Of a stretch of DNA of 64,000 bases, positions 47,015-58,255 are shown one piece after another. Below the pieces are notes generated by a model. That model searched no databases, was not told where the DNA came from, and saw only the letters and a program-made list of their open reading frames with translations. Source of the stretch: an uncultured virus (IMG/VR IMGVR_UViG_3300046616_000384) (Duplodnaviria; Heunggongvirae; Uroviricota; Caudoviricetes); IMG/VR virus record IMGVR_UViG_3300046616_000384; one strand, written 5' to 3'. How positions within the stretch are numbered: the stretch's first letter is position 1; each line of letters begins with the position of its first letter. The translations under genes and the position numbers were made by a program.

Positions 47015-48131
47015 GGCCCTTTTCCTTCTCGTCCAGCCTGGCGGCCACGTACCGGTCCAGCCAGCGGCTCCGTTCCCGGTGCCGGCGGATGGATTCCTCC
47101 ATGTCCAGCCCGATCATGGTGCCGAAGTCGGCCATCGAGCCCTCCAGTGCGTCGGCCAGCCTGGTCTCGTCGGTGGCCCAGTGCAGTAGATCATTGAGGG
47201 TCATTTCAGTCTCGGCCATTGTCTTACTCCTTTCTTCTGTTCTTGGTGCGGTTGCCGTTCCACCGTCCATCGACGGGGAACAGATTGTCCCTTGCGACCT
47301 GGCACGCTTCGGCCAGTTCCTCGGGGGTCCAGTTGAACGGGTCCTTTTCCAGCTTGGGCAGGTAGAGGACCCGTTCGGTGCGGGCCAGGGCGGCCTGCAG
47401 GGGCTCGCCCTCCGGGTGCGGGTTCTGTGCGTAGACCCGGACGCGGTTGTCCTGGTGCTTGTCCCGTTCGGCGAACCGGTAGCCCAGCCGCCTGATGACG
47501 TCGGCGGAGATGCCCATGCCGTTCTCGAACACCAGCGCCCACCGCCCCGGGTGGGCCTCCAGCCAGTCCGCCACGCTCTGCCCGCCGGCCCGCTTGGCCG
47601 CCACTGACCCCTCCATCCCGGGTGCGGGTGTCAGGTAGGGGTTGACCAGGTCAGCCACCCGCCCGACGTACGGGGAGGTTCCGGCGTCCATCAGGCCCAG
47701 GCGCCGGGGTCGAAGTTCTCGCCGAAGTCCAGACTTTCAATGAACTTCCGGCACTGCTCCTCGGCCTCGGCCAGGGTGGCCTGGTAGTGCGTGCCGACCT
47801 CGTTGGAGTGGTCGATGTCCGAGTCGTAGACGGTGGTGCCGTCCTCGGCCATCCGCTCCCGGTCCCACAGGAACACGGCCACCTCCACCGGCTGGACGAA
47901 CTCGTCCGTCCTGATGGTGTCAAAGCGTGTGACCTGGCCGATCAGGGTGATCGAACCGTCCGCGTTCTTCCGCGCACGGATACCGGTCACGAAGGCAATG
48001 GCCGTGACCTGCACCGTCGTGTCGCCGTCCTCCCAGGTGGCCGAGCGGTAGAACTCGCGGCCGAGGGAGGTGTTGCGTGACACGGTGGGCTGGCGTACCA
48101 GCACCGTCCGGTCTTGGGCCGTGATCTGCAC
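47007..48131 (-). other. three hypothetical genes (47007-47219, 47224-47691, 47691-48131)
   Basis: RBSs and packing; upstream TTGCGC-N16-TATACT at 48168-48195. Confidence 0.6.
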
Positions 48132-48203
48132 TCCATTGTCCTTCCTTAGATCCCAAACTGCCCCTTCAGTATAGGGTGGATCCGCGGGAGCGCAAGGTGT
48201 GTG

Positions 48204-48629
48204 TCACATGTGGAACAGCCGGGTGGCCAGCAGCAGGCCGGTGTCGTTGAACCGTTCCGCCAGGGCCTCGGCCACCGCCACCCGTTCCGGTGAGGGTGCC
48301 CGCCAGGGCGCGTCCATGAAATCGAGTCCCCGCGCATCCTGCAGGGCCGCCTCGTGCAGGACCATCAGCGCCCGCAGGGCCACCCGGGGGCCGAGGATGA
48401 ACTCCAGCTCCTCCGGTGCCTTGCCCTCGCCGCCGACTCTGACCACCGACGGGGACACCGCCGGCTCCCCGTCAGGTTCAATCTCAACCTGGGCCAGGAT
48501 GGGGGTGTCCCAGTCATCGCTGTCCGGGTCCGCCGTGACGGCAAAGACCGTCAGCAGCAGGTTGTCCTCGTCCTTCTGCAACATCAGCTCGTAGGTGCCC
48601 GTGGCCCATGTGCTTGTCATGTTCTGCAT
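48204..48629 (-). CDS. hypothetical protein
   Basis: AAAGGAG RBS. Confidence 0.6.
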   Translation of the reverse strand: MQNMTSTWATGTYELMLQKDEDNLLLTVFAVTADPDSDDWDTPILAQVEIEPDGEPAVSPSVVRVGGEGKAPEELEFILGPRVALRALMVLHEAALQDARGLDFMDAPWRAPSPERVAVAEALAERFNDTGLLLATRLFHM

Positions 48630-48683
48630 TCTCGTCTCCTTTCTCGGGCAAAACAAAAGGCGGCCGGCATCCGGCCACCTTGT

Positions 48684-48720
48684 GGTGGTGTGGTACTGGT
48701 GTCGTACCACTCTGGTACAA
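48684..48720. repeat. 11-bp-period GTAC array E (reverse orientation)
   Basis: Cores at 48693, 48704, 48715; minus strand TTGTACCAGAGTGGTACGACACCAGTACCACACC matches array B. Confidence 0.8.
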
Positions 48721-48769
48721 CCCCCGACGGGGGAGGGGGGCACCCCGCCGGGAGATTCTTCAGTGATGC

Positions 48770-50278
48770 TCATTCTTGCGAGTCGATGGCTGTGTCCAGC
48801 ATCCACCGGGCCTCGTGAAAAGCACCCCGCCCGGCGAACGTGGTGGAGTCCACTTCTTCACCCCGGGCGTTGGTGACGACCACCCGGGCGCGGTCCCCGT
48901 CCACCGTAAGGGACGCCGTGTAGCCGTCCTTGCTCAGGACCCACACCCCGTGCGAAGTGTTGCGGAACTCCGTTGACTCGGGCCTAGTGCTCATGCCCAT
49001 GCGCCTCCGGGGTGTCGAACGGGGTGATGCCGCCGTGGTCCTTGGCCCAGTCGGTGATCTTGATCCCCTTCTCGTGGACCTGCTCCAGGTCCCCGGTGCC
49101 GTCGGCCTTGTCCGGGCCTCGCCGGCTGATGACGATGCCCTCCTCGTCCACATGGAGGTGGTTGTGCTCACCGTCCCAGTAGTCGGTGTGGTTGTGGGTA
49201 CCGTCGGACTCGAAGTCGACGTTCATGCCGAACGCGCCGCCGTACTCGACACTGAAGCCGTCCAGTTCGGTGACGCCGGCCTTGACCATGTCGGCGATCT
49301 GGTGCAGCTGCTTGGCCGCCCGCTTGGAGTTCAGCTCCGTGCCGGCGATGTTGATGAATATTTCCATGTGCTTCTCCTCTAGCTCTGGTACTTCATTGGA
49401 ATGGACACGGTCTCGCCCGGCTTGGACCAGACCTTGGTGACCGTGAACGACTGGACGTTGTCCAGGTCGTCGAGCAGCAGTGCGACCTCGGTGTCGAGGT
49501 CCCGCAGTCCGTCCATCCCGAATTCCTTGGTGCTGATGGACTGGTCGCTGAACACGACGAGAAGGACGTAGCCCTTCAGTATTGCCGTGTATTCACCCAT
49601 TACTTCTCCTCCTTTTCTGTTGGTGGTTTGTCGGGCAGGTCTGCCCGCAGCTCGTTGGCCATGCGTTTGTACTTGCCGCCCAGTGACCAGAGCTTGTTGG
49701 CGTCCTCGTACTCGCCGAGGCCCGAGACCATGTCGCCCATCCTGCTCATCAGGTGGGACAGTTCGCGGATCCTGCGGTACCGTGCCAGGTTGAAGTCGGG
49801 GACGTGCCCCTTCCCGGTCATGACGGGTTCTCCTCCTCGATCATCTTGATGAGGGTGAAGTGGGGGAGCAGGAAGATGCCGTCCACGAACGTGTCCTCCC
49901 CGTCCTCCACCGCTGACATGTCGTGCCAGCCGTCCATGCCCCGGGCCCAGGTGGTGCCCCGGGAGTCGGTGTAGCGCCGCTCCTCGAAGGCCCGCTTCAC
50001 GGCCGGGTTGCTGTTCAGGCTCACTGCCCCGACGCCTTCCGGTCCCCGATGAGCACCTGGACGCTGTCCCACAGGGAGGCAACGGCCGCCTCCTGCTTCG
50101 CCAGCTCGTCCCGGGCGTCGGCCAGCAGGACGCCCGCCACCGGATCGTCGTTGGTGCGGACCATCTTCGTGTAGCCACTGATCTGGTTCTTCGCCCGGAG
50201 TTCCTCGTTGGAGGCGTCCGTGATGGCGTCCAGTATGAGTTTCACCGCCGCGGCATGTTTCTTGTTCTCTGCTTCCAT
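48770..50278 (-). other. six small hypothetical genes (48770-48994, 48984-49367, 49379-49600, 49600-49821, 49818-50024, 50021-50278)
   Basis: Coupled overlaps and RBSs. Confidence 0.6.
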
Positions 50279-50292
50279 TACTGCTCCCTTTC

Positions 50293-51024
50293 TTAGATGT
50301 GGACGTCGACGAGCACGATCCAGTCGTGCGGGTCGACCTTGTCGACGAGTGCGTTGAGTTCGTACTCCCACTCGCCGTCGGCCTTCTCGTTGCTGGCCAT
50401 TCCGAACCAGCCCATCCGGCCCTGCTCGTGCCACTCGCCGTCCTTGCCGAGGAAGGCGAACGTGGATTCGCGCTTCATCAGGTCCTCCTTGCGGACGACA
50501 TCGACGCCGCCGGCGAGTTCATCCCACGCCGGGTCGGTCCAGGTGGGGCTGTGCACCACGGCCTCGTGGTGGATGGTCTCGGTGGCGTTCAGCACCGAGC
50601 CGGACCAGCGCCCGCCGATGGCGTACCAGTCCCACTTGGAGTCCGGGTTGTAGGTGGAGAGCAGGTTGCCCTCGCTGTCCAGCCGACCCTCGTCGTACTC
50701 GGTGGCCTCGGCGTACAAGGCATCATCGTCCCAGAGGATGGCCAGTTTCTTCGGGAACTCCTCGGCCAGGTACTTGACGTGGCGGGGGTTGCTGGCCGCC
50801 GCGGCGTAGGCCACCGGGTCGGCCAGGTAGTCGGCGTAGTTCCCGTCGCGGATGGTAATGATCTCGGCGCGCTTGTTCTCGATCAGCTGGGCCCGGGTCC
50901 AGCGGATGTACTCCGGCGTTTCCTTGTTCTCATCGAACGGCTCCAGCGCCTCGGCCAGCGCGTCCTCGATGGATGATTCGTCAATGGACCCGTCGAGTAC
51001 GACGAGCACCGTGGAGTGCGACAT
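50293..51024 (-). CDS. conserved phage hypothetical protein
   Basis: MSHSTVLV..YNPDSKWDWYAIGGRW..G.WHE.G.MGWFG..VDVHI. Confidence 0.75.
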   Translation of the reverse strand: MSHSTVLVVLDGSIDESSIEDALAEALEPFDENKETPEYIRWTRAQLIENKRAEIITIRDGNYADYLADPVAYAAAASNPRHVKYLAEEFPKKLAILWDDDALYAEATEYDEGRLDSEGNLLSTYNPDSKWDWYAIGGRWSGSVLNATETIHHEAVVHSPTWTDPAWDELAGGVDVVRKEDLMKRESTFAFLGKDGEWHEQGRMGWFGMASNEKADGEWEYELNALVDKVDPHDWIVLVDVHI

Positions 51025-51316
51025 GGCTACGCCTCCTTCCCTAGTATTGCCCTGATGCGGACCACCTGTTTGGTGTCCGCCTCATCGAGGGTACCCCGTT
51101 CCAGGATGTCCCCGAGTAGTTCGCAACACAGCCACGCCTCGGTGGGGGATACCCACCCGGCCTCCCGTGCCGTCTCCGCCGCCTTGCCGTCGTGGGGGTC
51201 GGTGATGCCGGCCTTGGCCAGGCCCTCCACCAGCTCCCCTCCGTCCGTGGCGATTGCTTTCATGTAACCCATAGCGTTCCTCTCTTTCATTGTTTGTCTC
51301 CCTTGTTCCGGGTATA

Positions 51317-51351
51317 GAAAAGGTGACGGCCCCACCTCGGGGCCGCCACCT
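51317..51351 (-). terminator. intrinsic terminator
   Basis: Minus strand AGGTGGCGGCCCC..GGGGCCGTCACCT followed by a T run. Confidence 0.7.
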
Positions 51352-51371
51352 CTGAGTGTCGTAGGTCGGTG

Positions 51372-51542
51372 TTACTTGGCCACCCTGTTCCTGACGGCCA
51401 GCTCTGCGAGCATCACGGCAAGCACCACGGCGCCGTATGCGGCCATCGCCAGGCCCCCGATGCTGTTGGTCACCACCAGCACCAGCAGGAGGCCCATGAG
51501 GGCTATCCAGAGGCCGCGCAGAGCGGTTACTGCGGACTGCAT
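51372..51542 (-). CDS. small two-TM membrane protein
   Basis: MQSAVTALRGLWIALMGLLLVLVV..AMAAYGAVVLAVMLAELAV. Confidence 0.6.
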   Translation of the reverse strand: MQSAVTALRGLWIALMGLLLVLVVTNSIGGLAMAAYGAVVLAVMLAELAVRNRVAK

Positions 51543-51928
51543 GTAATCACCATCCCGTTGAAGTTCGATTGATAGAAGGTCACGCCCGTGCCGTGGCTTG
51601 CGCACTCGGCCAGTACCGAGTTGCCGGTGTTCCACGCCAGGGCGTAGACGGAGGCGGGAAACGCCGCCGGCACCCGGGCCGCCAGCAGGGCCACATAGTT
51701 GGCGTAGTTCCCGGCCAGGTTCCTGGCCGCCACCAGCTGGTTCGCCGTGCAGGAGTCCACGTCATACTCGGTCATTGGATTGAACAGGTTCCACGTGTTG
51801 CGCCAGCCGATGCTGCCGTAGCACGCCGGCGGGGCCGGGTCGGGCGGGAACGTGTCGAGGTCCGCCGGGGCGGGTGCTGTTGTCATGAGTGCCGCCGCCA
51901 GTGCGGCCACTGCCATAGTGTGCATCAT
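51527..51928 (-). CDS. secreted four-Cys protein
   Basis: Signal-peptide-like N-terminus, Pro linker, 4 Cys. Confidence 0.65.
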   Translation of the reverse strand: MMHTMAVAALAAALMTTAPAPADLDTFPPDPAPPACYGSIGWRNTWNLFNPMTEYDVDSCTANQLVAARNLAGNYANYVALLAARVPAAFPASVYALAWNTGNSVLAECASHGTGVTFYQSNFNGMVITCSPQ

Positions 51929-51934
51929 GGCCAC

Positions 51935-51964
51935 ATGCTAGACCCGCCGGGTACCCCCTGTGAA
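51935..51964 (-). promoter_or_regulatory. SigA-like leaderless promoter
   Basis: TTCACA-N18-TAGCAT, 6 nt before ATG 51928. Confidence 0.55.
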
Positions 51965-52008
51965 GGTCCTCCCGAAGATCCAAGTAGGTAATTTCACCTA
52001 CCTCAGCG

Positions 52009-52314
52009 TCACCTGGAGTGCTGGATGCTGACGTCCAGCAGCTGGGCGGTGCCGTCCGGGTCGGAGTGGATCAGCTTGCCCTCCACCCAGAGGCGGACAT
52101 CCATGCTGTCCATCCGGGGCCGGGGAAGGGTGACCTTCCACCGCTTCACGGTCCCGGCAGAGTGGGCTTTGATGTAGTCCACCATCAGCCGGTAGTCCTC
52201 GCTGGACGCCTCGGCTGTCAGGTACCAGTCCACCTGGTCGAGCATGGCGTCCTCGAACCTGGTCTGCAGTGCCCAGACCGTATCCCCGGGCACCTGGTCG
52301 TTATGCAGTTCCAT
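52009..52314 (-). CDS. hypothetical protein
   Basis: GGAGG RBS; packing. Confidence 0.55.
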   Translation of the reverse strand: MELHNDQVPGDTVWALQTRFEDAMLDQVDWYLTAEASSEDYRLMVDYIKAHSAGTVKRWKVTLPRPRMDSMDVRLWVEGKLIHSDPDGTAQLLDVSIQHSR

Positions 52315-52936
52315 CCTCGTCCTCCCCGAGCGCCTCTTTGGCGGCCTGTTGTGCGTAATCGTAACCAATGAGGCCCCAGCAGGAGTCCCCCTCGGCCCAC
52401 TCCTCGAAGGGCTCGTCCTCCTCGTCGTTGTCGTAGACCTTGGTGCCGGTGACCTTCTCCTCCACGATCCAGCCGTACACCTCGCCGTTCATCCATTTGC
52501 CCAGCTCCTCGACGGTGCCGGCAATGACCTTCTCAGGCTCGATGCCCTCCCACTGCTCGGCGTCGGGGCTGAGGTAGGCCCAGCCGATCATGCCGGAGTC
52601 CCACTCTGCGTGCTGCGCCCGGCCTATAAAGGAGCCGGTACTCAGGGCCACGCCAGAGTGCTCGTACATGTAGACCGGCACCGCCTCCACGTTGTGGAAG
52701 ATCTTCAGGTACCGGGCGAAGGCCCCGCCCAGGCCCCTCTCGTAGAGCCGGTCGTGCTCGTGCTGGAACCTGGCATTCTCGGTGCGGACGTTCCAGCTCC
52801 GCAGGTCGGGAGTGACGATCTCGACCAGCTCGTCGAACTCTCTAGGGTCGGAGGCGGAGCCGTCATCGTCGTACTCAATCCGCACTCTGCGCGTGCGGTT
52901 CTTGTTGTAGATGGTGTCCACTGTTTCAGTACTCAT
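52301..52936 (-). CDS. conserved acidic phage protein
   Basis: YMYEHSGVALS..WDSG..NGEVYG..DSCWG..G. Confidence 0.7.
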   Translation of the reverse strand: MSTETVDTIYNKNRTRRVRIEYDDDGSASDPREFDELVEIVTPDLRSWNVRTENARFQHEHDRLYERGLGGAFARYLKIFHNVEAVPVYMYEHSGVALSTGSFIGRAQHAEWDSGMIGWAYLSPDAEQWEGIEPEKVIAGTVEELGKWMNGEVYGWIVEEKVTGTKVYDNDEEDEPFEEWAEGDSCWGLIGYDYAQQAAKEALGEDEDGTA

Positions 52937-53017
52937 CGTGCTTACCTTTCTGCATTGTTGTATTCTCTAGGGGTGTGCAATAGTTAGTCGTCAACCGTTT
53001 TTCCGGAGGGGTCATAA

Positions 53018-53956
53018 GTGGCTAAGAAAAAGATCATCGTCAACACGGCGCACGTCGTCATGCTTGAGAAGCCGTCGAAGCTGGTCGAGCTTCACGCCAA
53101 GGAATTCAGCATCGACCTGAAGGTCCAGCGCATCCTCAATGAGGCACGTGCCGACGCCATGGCCGACAAGTTCCAGCCCCATGCCCTCGGCATGGTCACC
53201 GCCTCTAAGCGAGAGGACGGTCACGTTTATTTGCTGGACGGCGCGCACCGAATCTCTGCCGCCCGCAAGGCTAATTACGAGGGGCTCATCGCCACCCGCC
53301 TGTTCGAGAACCTCACCGTGCAGGAGGAGGCGGAGCTGTTCCTCTCGCTGAACTCCTCCCGTGCAGTCCAGGCCATTGACCGCTTCAAGGTCCGCATCAC
53401 GCAGGGCGAGCCGGTCGCCGTCGGCATCAACAACGTGCTCAAGGCCTACGGCCTGCACGTCGAGTGGGCCAACAACGAATCCCTCGGCGTCATCTCTGCC
53501 ATCGCCGCACTGGAGCACGTCTACCACGGCGCCGGCGTCTGGAAGAAGGGTGACTACCCCGACCTCGTCGACAAGGTCATCCGCTCCCTGTACCGTGCGT
53601 ACGGCGAGAAGGCCGAGCGTGCCACGTACTCCAAGATCATGCTCGAAGGGCTCGGCATCTTCTGCGCCAGCTTCGGTGCACGCATCGACTACGACCGGCT
53701 CCAGTATGTGCTGGAGGGCACCGTGCCCCGCCAGATTGCGGTCCAGGCACGCACTCTGCGCGATGCCCGCGGCAAGAAAAACGCCGCCGGCCTCGGCCGT
53801 GCCGCCGCCGAGGTCATCCACCAGATGTACAACCACCGCTTCAAGGCCAAGCTGCCCGAGTTCGGTGCCGTGGACGTGCTCAACGCCCTGCCCGAGGGAC
53901 CGGCCTACGACCAGGACCCCCTGTACGTGGACGCCAACCAGTACGTCACCGCCTAG
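53018..53956 (+). CDS. ParB/Srx N-terminal-domain protein
   Basis: ID...QR.L..YLLDGAHRI.AA..EEAELF..LN; GGAGG RBS; lone rightward gene. Confidence 0.75.
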   Translation: MAKKKIIVNTAHVVMLEKPSKLVELHAKEFSIDLKVQRILNEARADAMADKFQPHALGMVTASKREDGHVYLLDGAHRISAARKANYEGLIATRLFENLTVQEEAELFLSLNSSRAVQAIDRFKVRITQGEPVAVGINNVLKAYGLHVEWANNESLGVISAIAALEHVYHGAGVWKKGDYPDLVDKVIRSLYRAYGEKAERATYSKIMLEGLGIFCASFGARIDYDRLQYVLEGTVPRQIAVQARTLRDARGKKNAAGLGRAAAEVIHQMYNHRFKAKLPEFGAVDVLNALPEGPAYDQDPLYVDANQYVTA

Positions 53957-53979
53957 CGGGACCACAGGACCGGGGCGCA

Positions 53980-56572
53980 TCACCCTCCCTCGGGTGGTGC
54001 GTCCCTTTGTGCTTCGGCATCCGTCAGCGTGTCCCCGTCCTGGGGGTCGGCAGTGGTGCCCACGTCAGCGCCGGCAATGATGCACTCGGACCGGCCGGTC
54101 CTGTTGTGCACCCACTCCCTACCGCTGCCGTTGTAGGCGAACGTGATGCCCTGGCCGCAGTGACGGCACCTCATCTAGATCACCTGGTCCAGGGACAGCA
54201 GCGTCCGCGCCAGCATGTCGGCGTAGACGTCGGACTCCTCGAAGTGGACCACCTCCACGTCAGGGTGGCCCCGCTTGGGGTAGGTCACCTTCACCGTGTA
54301 GGTGTCGGACGGGTCCAGGATCACCCGCACCCGCATCACCCGCTTGTTGTGCTTGTCGTCCAGGATCCTCGCCCGGAACGTCAGCGTGTCGTACTCCGGT
54401 GCCTTCACGTGCACCCGGTCCGCCATCAGGTCGGTGGCACCCAGGGACATGAACACCCCCGGGGTGATCTGTTGCCGGATGGTCTCCGGCACTTGGGTAT
54501 TACTCATTACTCCTCCTTGCTTCCGTTTTGTCGGCACAGTCGCCGCACTCTCCGTCGTACCCCTCGCCGTCGTCCAGCAGGGCGTCATGACAGGTCCGGC
54601 ACAGCTCGTCCGTGGCCCACTCGCCCAGCGCATCCGCAAGGAGCTCGGCCAGGCCCTGCGTGCTCTCCAGCTGGCTCACATGGGCACCGTACTGCCGGTA
54701 CGTCGGCTGCCCTTCGGAGTCAAACCGGAGCGTCAGCTTCCTCTCCTCGCCGCCTATCAGGATGGTCGCGTTGATCTCCATCACTCCTCCTCCTTGCTTT
54801 CCAGTTCGGTTACCTCGGTGATCTCACGCTCGGTGCACCCCCCGAAGGCCATGGTCAGCGCCTTCTGGTCCATTTCGAGGATGACGTCGGTCAGCTTCTC
54901 CTTGAGAATGCCCTCGGCGTCCTCCTCAATGTCGTCCGGGCCCAGCTCCAGATCCTCGTCGGGGATCTCGATGTCCGCCTCGAACTCCTCGGTGTGGTAC
55001 CACTTCACTCGGAACAGTGCCATTACCTCCCCCTTCCCTCGATCAGGTCCAGCAGCTCGCGGCCAAGCTCCTTGGGCAGGATGATGCTCTTGACCTGCTC
55101 CCGCTCGGCATCCTCCGTGACAGCCCGCAGTCGGGCGACAGCTTCAGTCTCGTAGGTCTCCGAGTACTTTGCGGCCAGCATGGTCTGCACGTACTGGTCC
55201 AGGCCCGGTGCCGTGGCAATCTTCACCCGCACCTGGGCGTCGGTGAAGCCCAGCCTCGCGCCTGCGGCGTGGAACCGGCCAAGCGCCTCGTTCAGGCACC
55301 AGTCGACCGTGTCGGCCACCCACGTGTCGTGCCATTCGTCAGGTCTAACCATTACTCCTCCTTTTTCTTTGGTGTCAGCAGGTCGATGGCCTCCTCGATG
55401 CGGGCCACCTGGTCCCTGCGGTTGGCCGTGGTTTCCATGTTGCTCTCCCACGATAGATCGTCATCCGGGTCATCCTCGGCCGGGATGATGTACTCCAGCA
55501 GCTCGTTGGACCAGTTCTCGGCGGCGTCTACCAGCACGGTGATGGCCTCGGCCCGGGTCAGCTTGCGCCGCTTGGGCGGCAGCTTCCAGCCCTCCTGGTA
55601 GTCGTAGCACGCATCACCGTCAACGGTGAGCCGGTATAGACTCTCCCGCAGCGGCTCCTCCTTCAGCCCCGTCAGCTCCTGCAGCTCGTCGAACGGCAGA
55701 GGCTTCTTGTCCCGCAGCCATGCCAGGACGGCGGCGTCCCGCCTCTGCTCCCAGTAGGTCGCCTCCTCAGTCACGTCTGGTCCTCCAGCTCCACCGTCAG
55801 GGGCTCGTTGAAGTAGCCCTTCAGCACGTAGCCACCGTCGTCCCGGCGCTCGATCCAGAGCGTGGCCACGGTGCTGTCTGAGTCGTCGAAGTCCACTCGA
55901 CCGTAGTCGTCAGGCTCGGCAGGCCGGGGCTCAAACTGCCCGGCGATGCCGTCCTTGACCCACGGCATGGGCTCCAGCCGCTCACCCGTGTCGTATGGTG
56001 TCAGTCTCCTCATGCTTCCTCCTCCTTGGCGTAGCGGACCAGCTTGACCTCGGCCGCACACTTGCAGCCCAGGCCGCAGTCGGCCCGGCGGACGGCGACG
56101 GTGTGGCCGGTGAGCAGGTCGGTGGCCTCGCGCCACTCGTCCTGCTGGGTGACGGTCGGGTCGTCGAGCCGGACCAGCGCCCGGCCCATCTCGTCCCCCT
56201 CGAACGCAGTCAGCGCGATCTGGGTGAGCTGGTCGACCGGGTAGAGCGTGCGCTCACCAGCGGCGGCATCAATTCTCATGCCTCCTCCTCCTCCTCCATC
56301 ACTCATGGCCCCTCCGGTTGGTGTCCATCGTCATCCCCTTCCTCCTCGTCGTGGCCGTCGTGGCCGGGCGCGCCGTAGTCTGCCATGCCGCACGAGCAGC
56401 CCCTCACGTCCTCCTCCTCCTCCTTGTCGTCCAGCCCGAACGCCGCCGCAACCGTGTGCGTCAGGTCATTGAGCACGTCATCCTCCCACTTAGGGGTGAC
56501 GTTTACGCCCATCTCGTGGGCCAGCGACGTGAGCACATCGTTGATCCGGTACAGCGGCTCCTCGTCAGCCAT
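53980..56572 (-). other. nine small, mostly acidic hypothetical genes (53980-54174, 54175-54507, 54500-54784, 54781-55023, 55023-55352, 55352-55774, 55771-56013, 56010-56306, 56303-56572)
   Basis: AAGGAGGAG RBSs and coupled overlaps. Confidence 0.6.
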
Positions 56573-56592
56573 ACATCCTCCTCCTTGTTCTC

Positions 56593-57768
56593 TCAGAGTG
56601 CGAAGGCCAGTTCAAGCGCCTTCAGCGATTGTGCCTCCATGTCGGCGGCCTTGTCAGCGTCACGGGTGGTCTGTGCCGCTGCCGTGACAGCCTGCATCAC
56701 GCCGCCGGCGGTGAACTGCCCGCCCTTGACGAATGCGTTGAAGATGGCGTCCTGCTGTTCCTGGTCGAAGGACAGCTTCTTCGCCACCACGCGGACGTCC
56801 TCGACGTCCTCGATCTTCTTGCCCGCCTTCTGCTCCATCTCCCGGATGACCCGGACCATGTAGTCCTTGTCGAGGAACGTGGCCACCGCATCACGGGCAC
56901 GGGCCGTGACCAGCGCCAGCTGCTTGTCGATGGTATCCCGGGACCAGTTGATGACCCCCTCGTCCATCTTCCCGCCGAGGTGGACCGCCTTCATGGCATC
57001 CCTGGCAATCGTCATGCCGTTGGAGCACACCTGGACGATGATCCGGGGCGTGACAGAGAAGGACCCGTCACCCGTCTCGGAGTTGGAGAGCACGAACCCG
57101 GCAAAGACCGTCGGGTTGTCGGTTCCCGTCTCTCCGGAGAAGGGGGAGCGGTAGCCCCTCAGCAGCTCCGGCGCCAGCGCCTGCACCTCCGGTGCCTTGA
57201 TGCGGACGTACATCCTCCGGTCGGTCAGGTCGCACCCCTCGATCTCGACGTGCACACCTGCCTGCCGGATGCCGTCCAGTGCCGCAGTCAGGGCATCCAG
57301 ATTGTCCATGATGGCGAACCTGTCCGATAGAAGGGCGCGGGCAATGCCGTGTCCCCCATCATCTCCCCGGAAAGCACGCACCAGGAAGCTCCGGCCGTCG
57401 GGCTGGATGAGCTGGACGCTCGTCCCTGCCGTCTTGTCGTAGCGGCTCAGCCCTCGGAGCAGGCCATTGGCGTTCTGGTCGTAGAGGTCAGGGCGCTCGT
57501 TGCGCATGAACCTCACGTACGCCAGCGGGATGCCCAGCTTGGACGCCACGCCTTCATCGAAGACGGCGGTCGGCAGGTAGATCCCGTTGACGTCAGTCAC
57601 GCCGCTGGCATCGAACACCGGGTCCATGCCGGAAAGCACAAGCCTTCCGTCCCTGAACCTCAGCTTCTGCGCCGGGGCGACCACATCGAGCTTCCGTGCG
57701 TGCTGCTCCATCAGAGCATCGCGCAGGTCACTCAGGCCCGCATTCCGGGCCTCGGTTATCAGTGTCAT
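56593..57768 (-). CDS. DUF932-like protein
   Basis: RALLSDRF..DN..LTDRRMY..GFVLSNSETGDGS..VCSNGM..HLG. Confidence 0.7.
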   Translation of the reverse strand: MTLITEARNAGLSDLRDALMEQHARKLDVVAPAQKLRFRDGRLVLSGMDPVFDASGVTDVNGIYLPTAVFDEGVASKLGIPLAYVRFMRNERPDLYDQNANGLLRGLSRYDKTAGTSVQLIQPDGRSFLVRAFRGDDGGHGIARALLSDRFAIMDNLDALTAALDGIRQAGVHVEIEGCDLTDRRMYVRIKAPEVQALAPELLRGYRSPFSGETGTDNPTVFAGFVLSNSETGDGSFSVTPRIIVQVCSNGMTIARDAMKAVHLGGKMDEGVINWSRDTIDKQLALVTARARDAVATFLDKDYMVRVIREMEQKAGKKIEDVEDVRVVAKKLSFDQEQQDAIFNAFVKGGQFTAGGVMQAVTAAAQTTRDADKAADMEAQSLKALELAFAL

Positions 57769-57811
57769 GTTGTTCCTTTCTGTTTGTCCCCTGTGTTGGG
57801 TCTGTGTTAGC

Positions 57812-58234
57812 TCACCACCACGCCCAGTAGACGTAGACGGCGGATGGATCCCAGTGCTCCAGGATCTCGGTGAACTCCTTCAGTTCCGTCTCGATGTCGC
57901 TGAAATACCACTCGTCGAAGTCGGTATTGCCGAAGAAGAATCCAGCCTGCGTCGGCAGGAGCACACCGGCCTGCGAGTGGTCGTCCCTGACCTTGGTCAG
58001 CCGTTCCACCAGACGCTCGATGTGCTCACGCTCCAGCGGCAGGTAGGCGCAGTTCTCAACCTCGCCGACCTCACCCTCCATGTAGCACTGGATGTGGTTC
58101 TCCTTGCGCCCGGTCCAGAGCTGCACCTCATCGTCGGGGGCGGGGTACGGCGCCTCATGGTCGCCTTCCTCCCAGTTCCGGATCAGGGCATAGGATGCCC
58201 GGCTCAGCCGGCGGACTGCTTGATCAAGTCCCAT
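57812..58234 (-). CDS. conserved phage hypothetical protein
   Basis: MGLDQ..RKENHI..LPTQAGFFFG...DEWY..Y.AWW. Confidence 0.7.
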   Translation of the reverse strand: MGLDQAVRRLSRASYALIRNWEEGDHEAPYPAPDDEVQLWTGRKENHIQCYMEGEVGEVENCAYLPLEREHIERLVERLTKVRDDHSQAGVLLPTQAGFFFGNTDFDEWYFSDIETELKEFTEILEHWDPSAVYVYWAWW

Positions 58235-58255
58235 TGCTTACCTCCTGTTGTTGTT

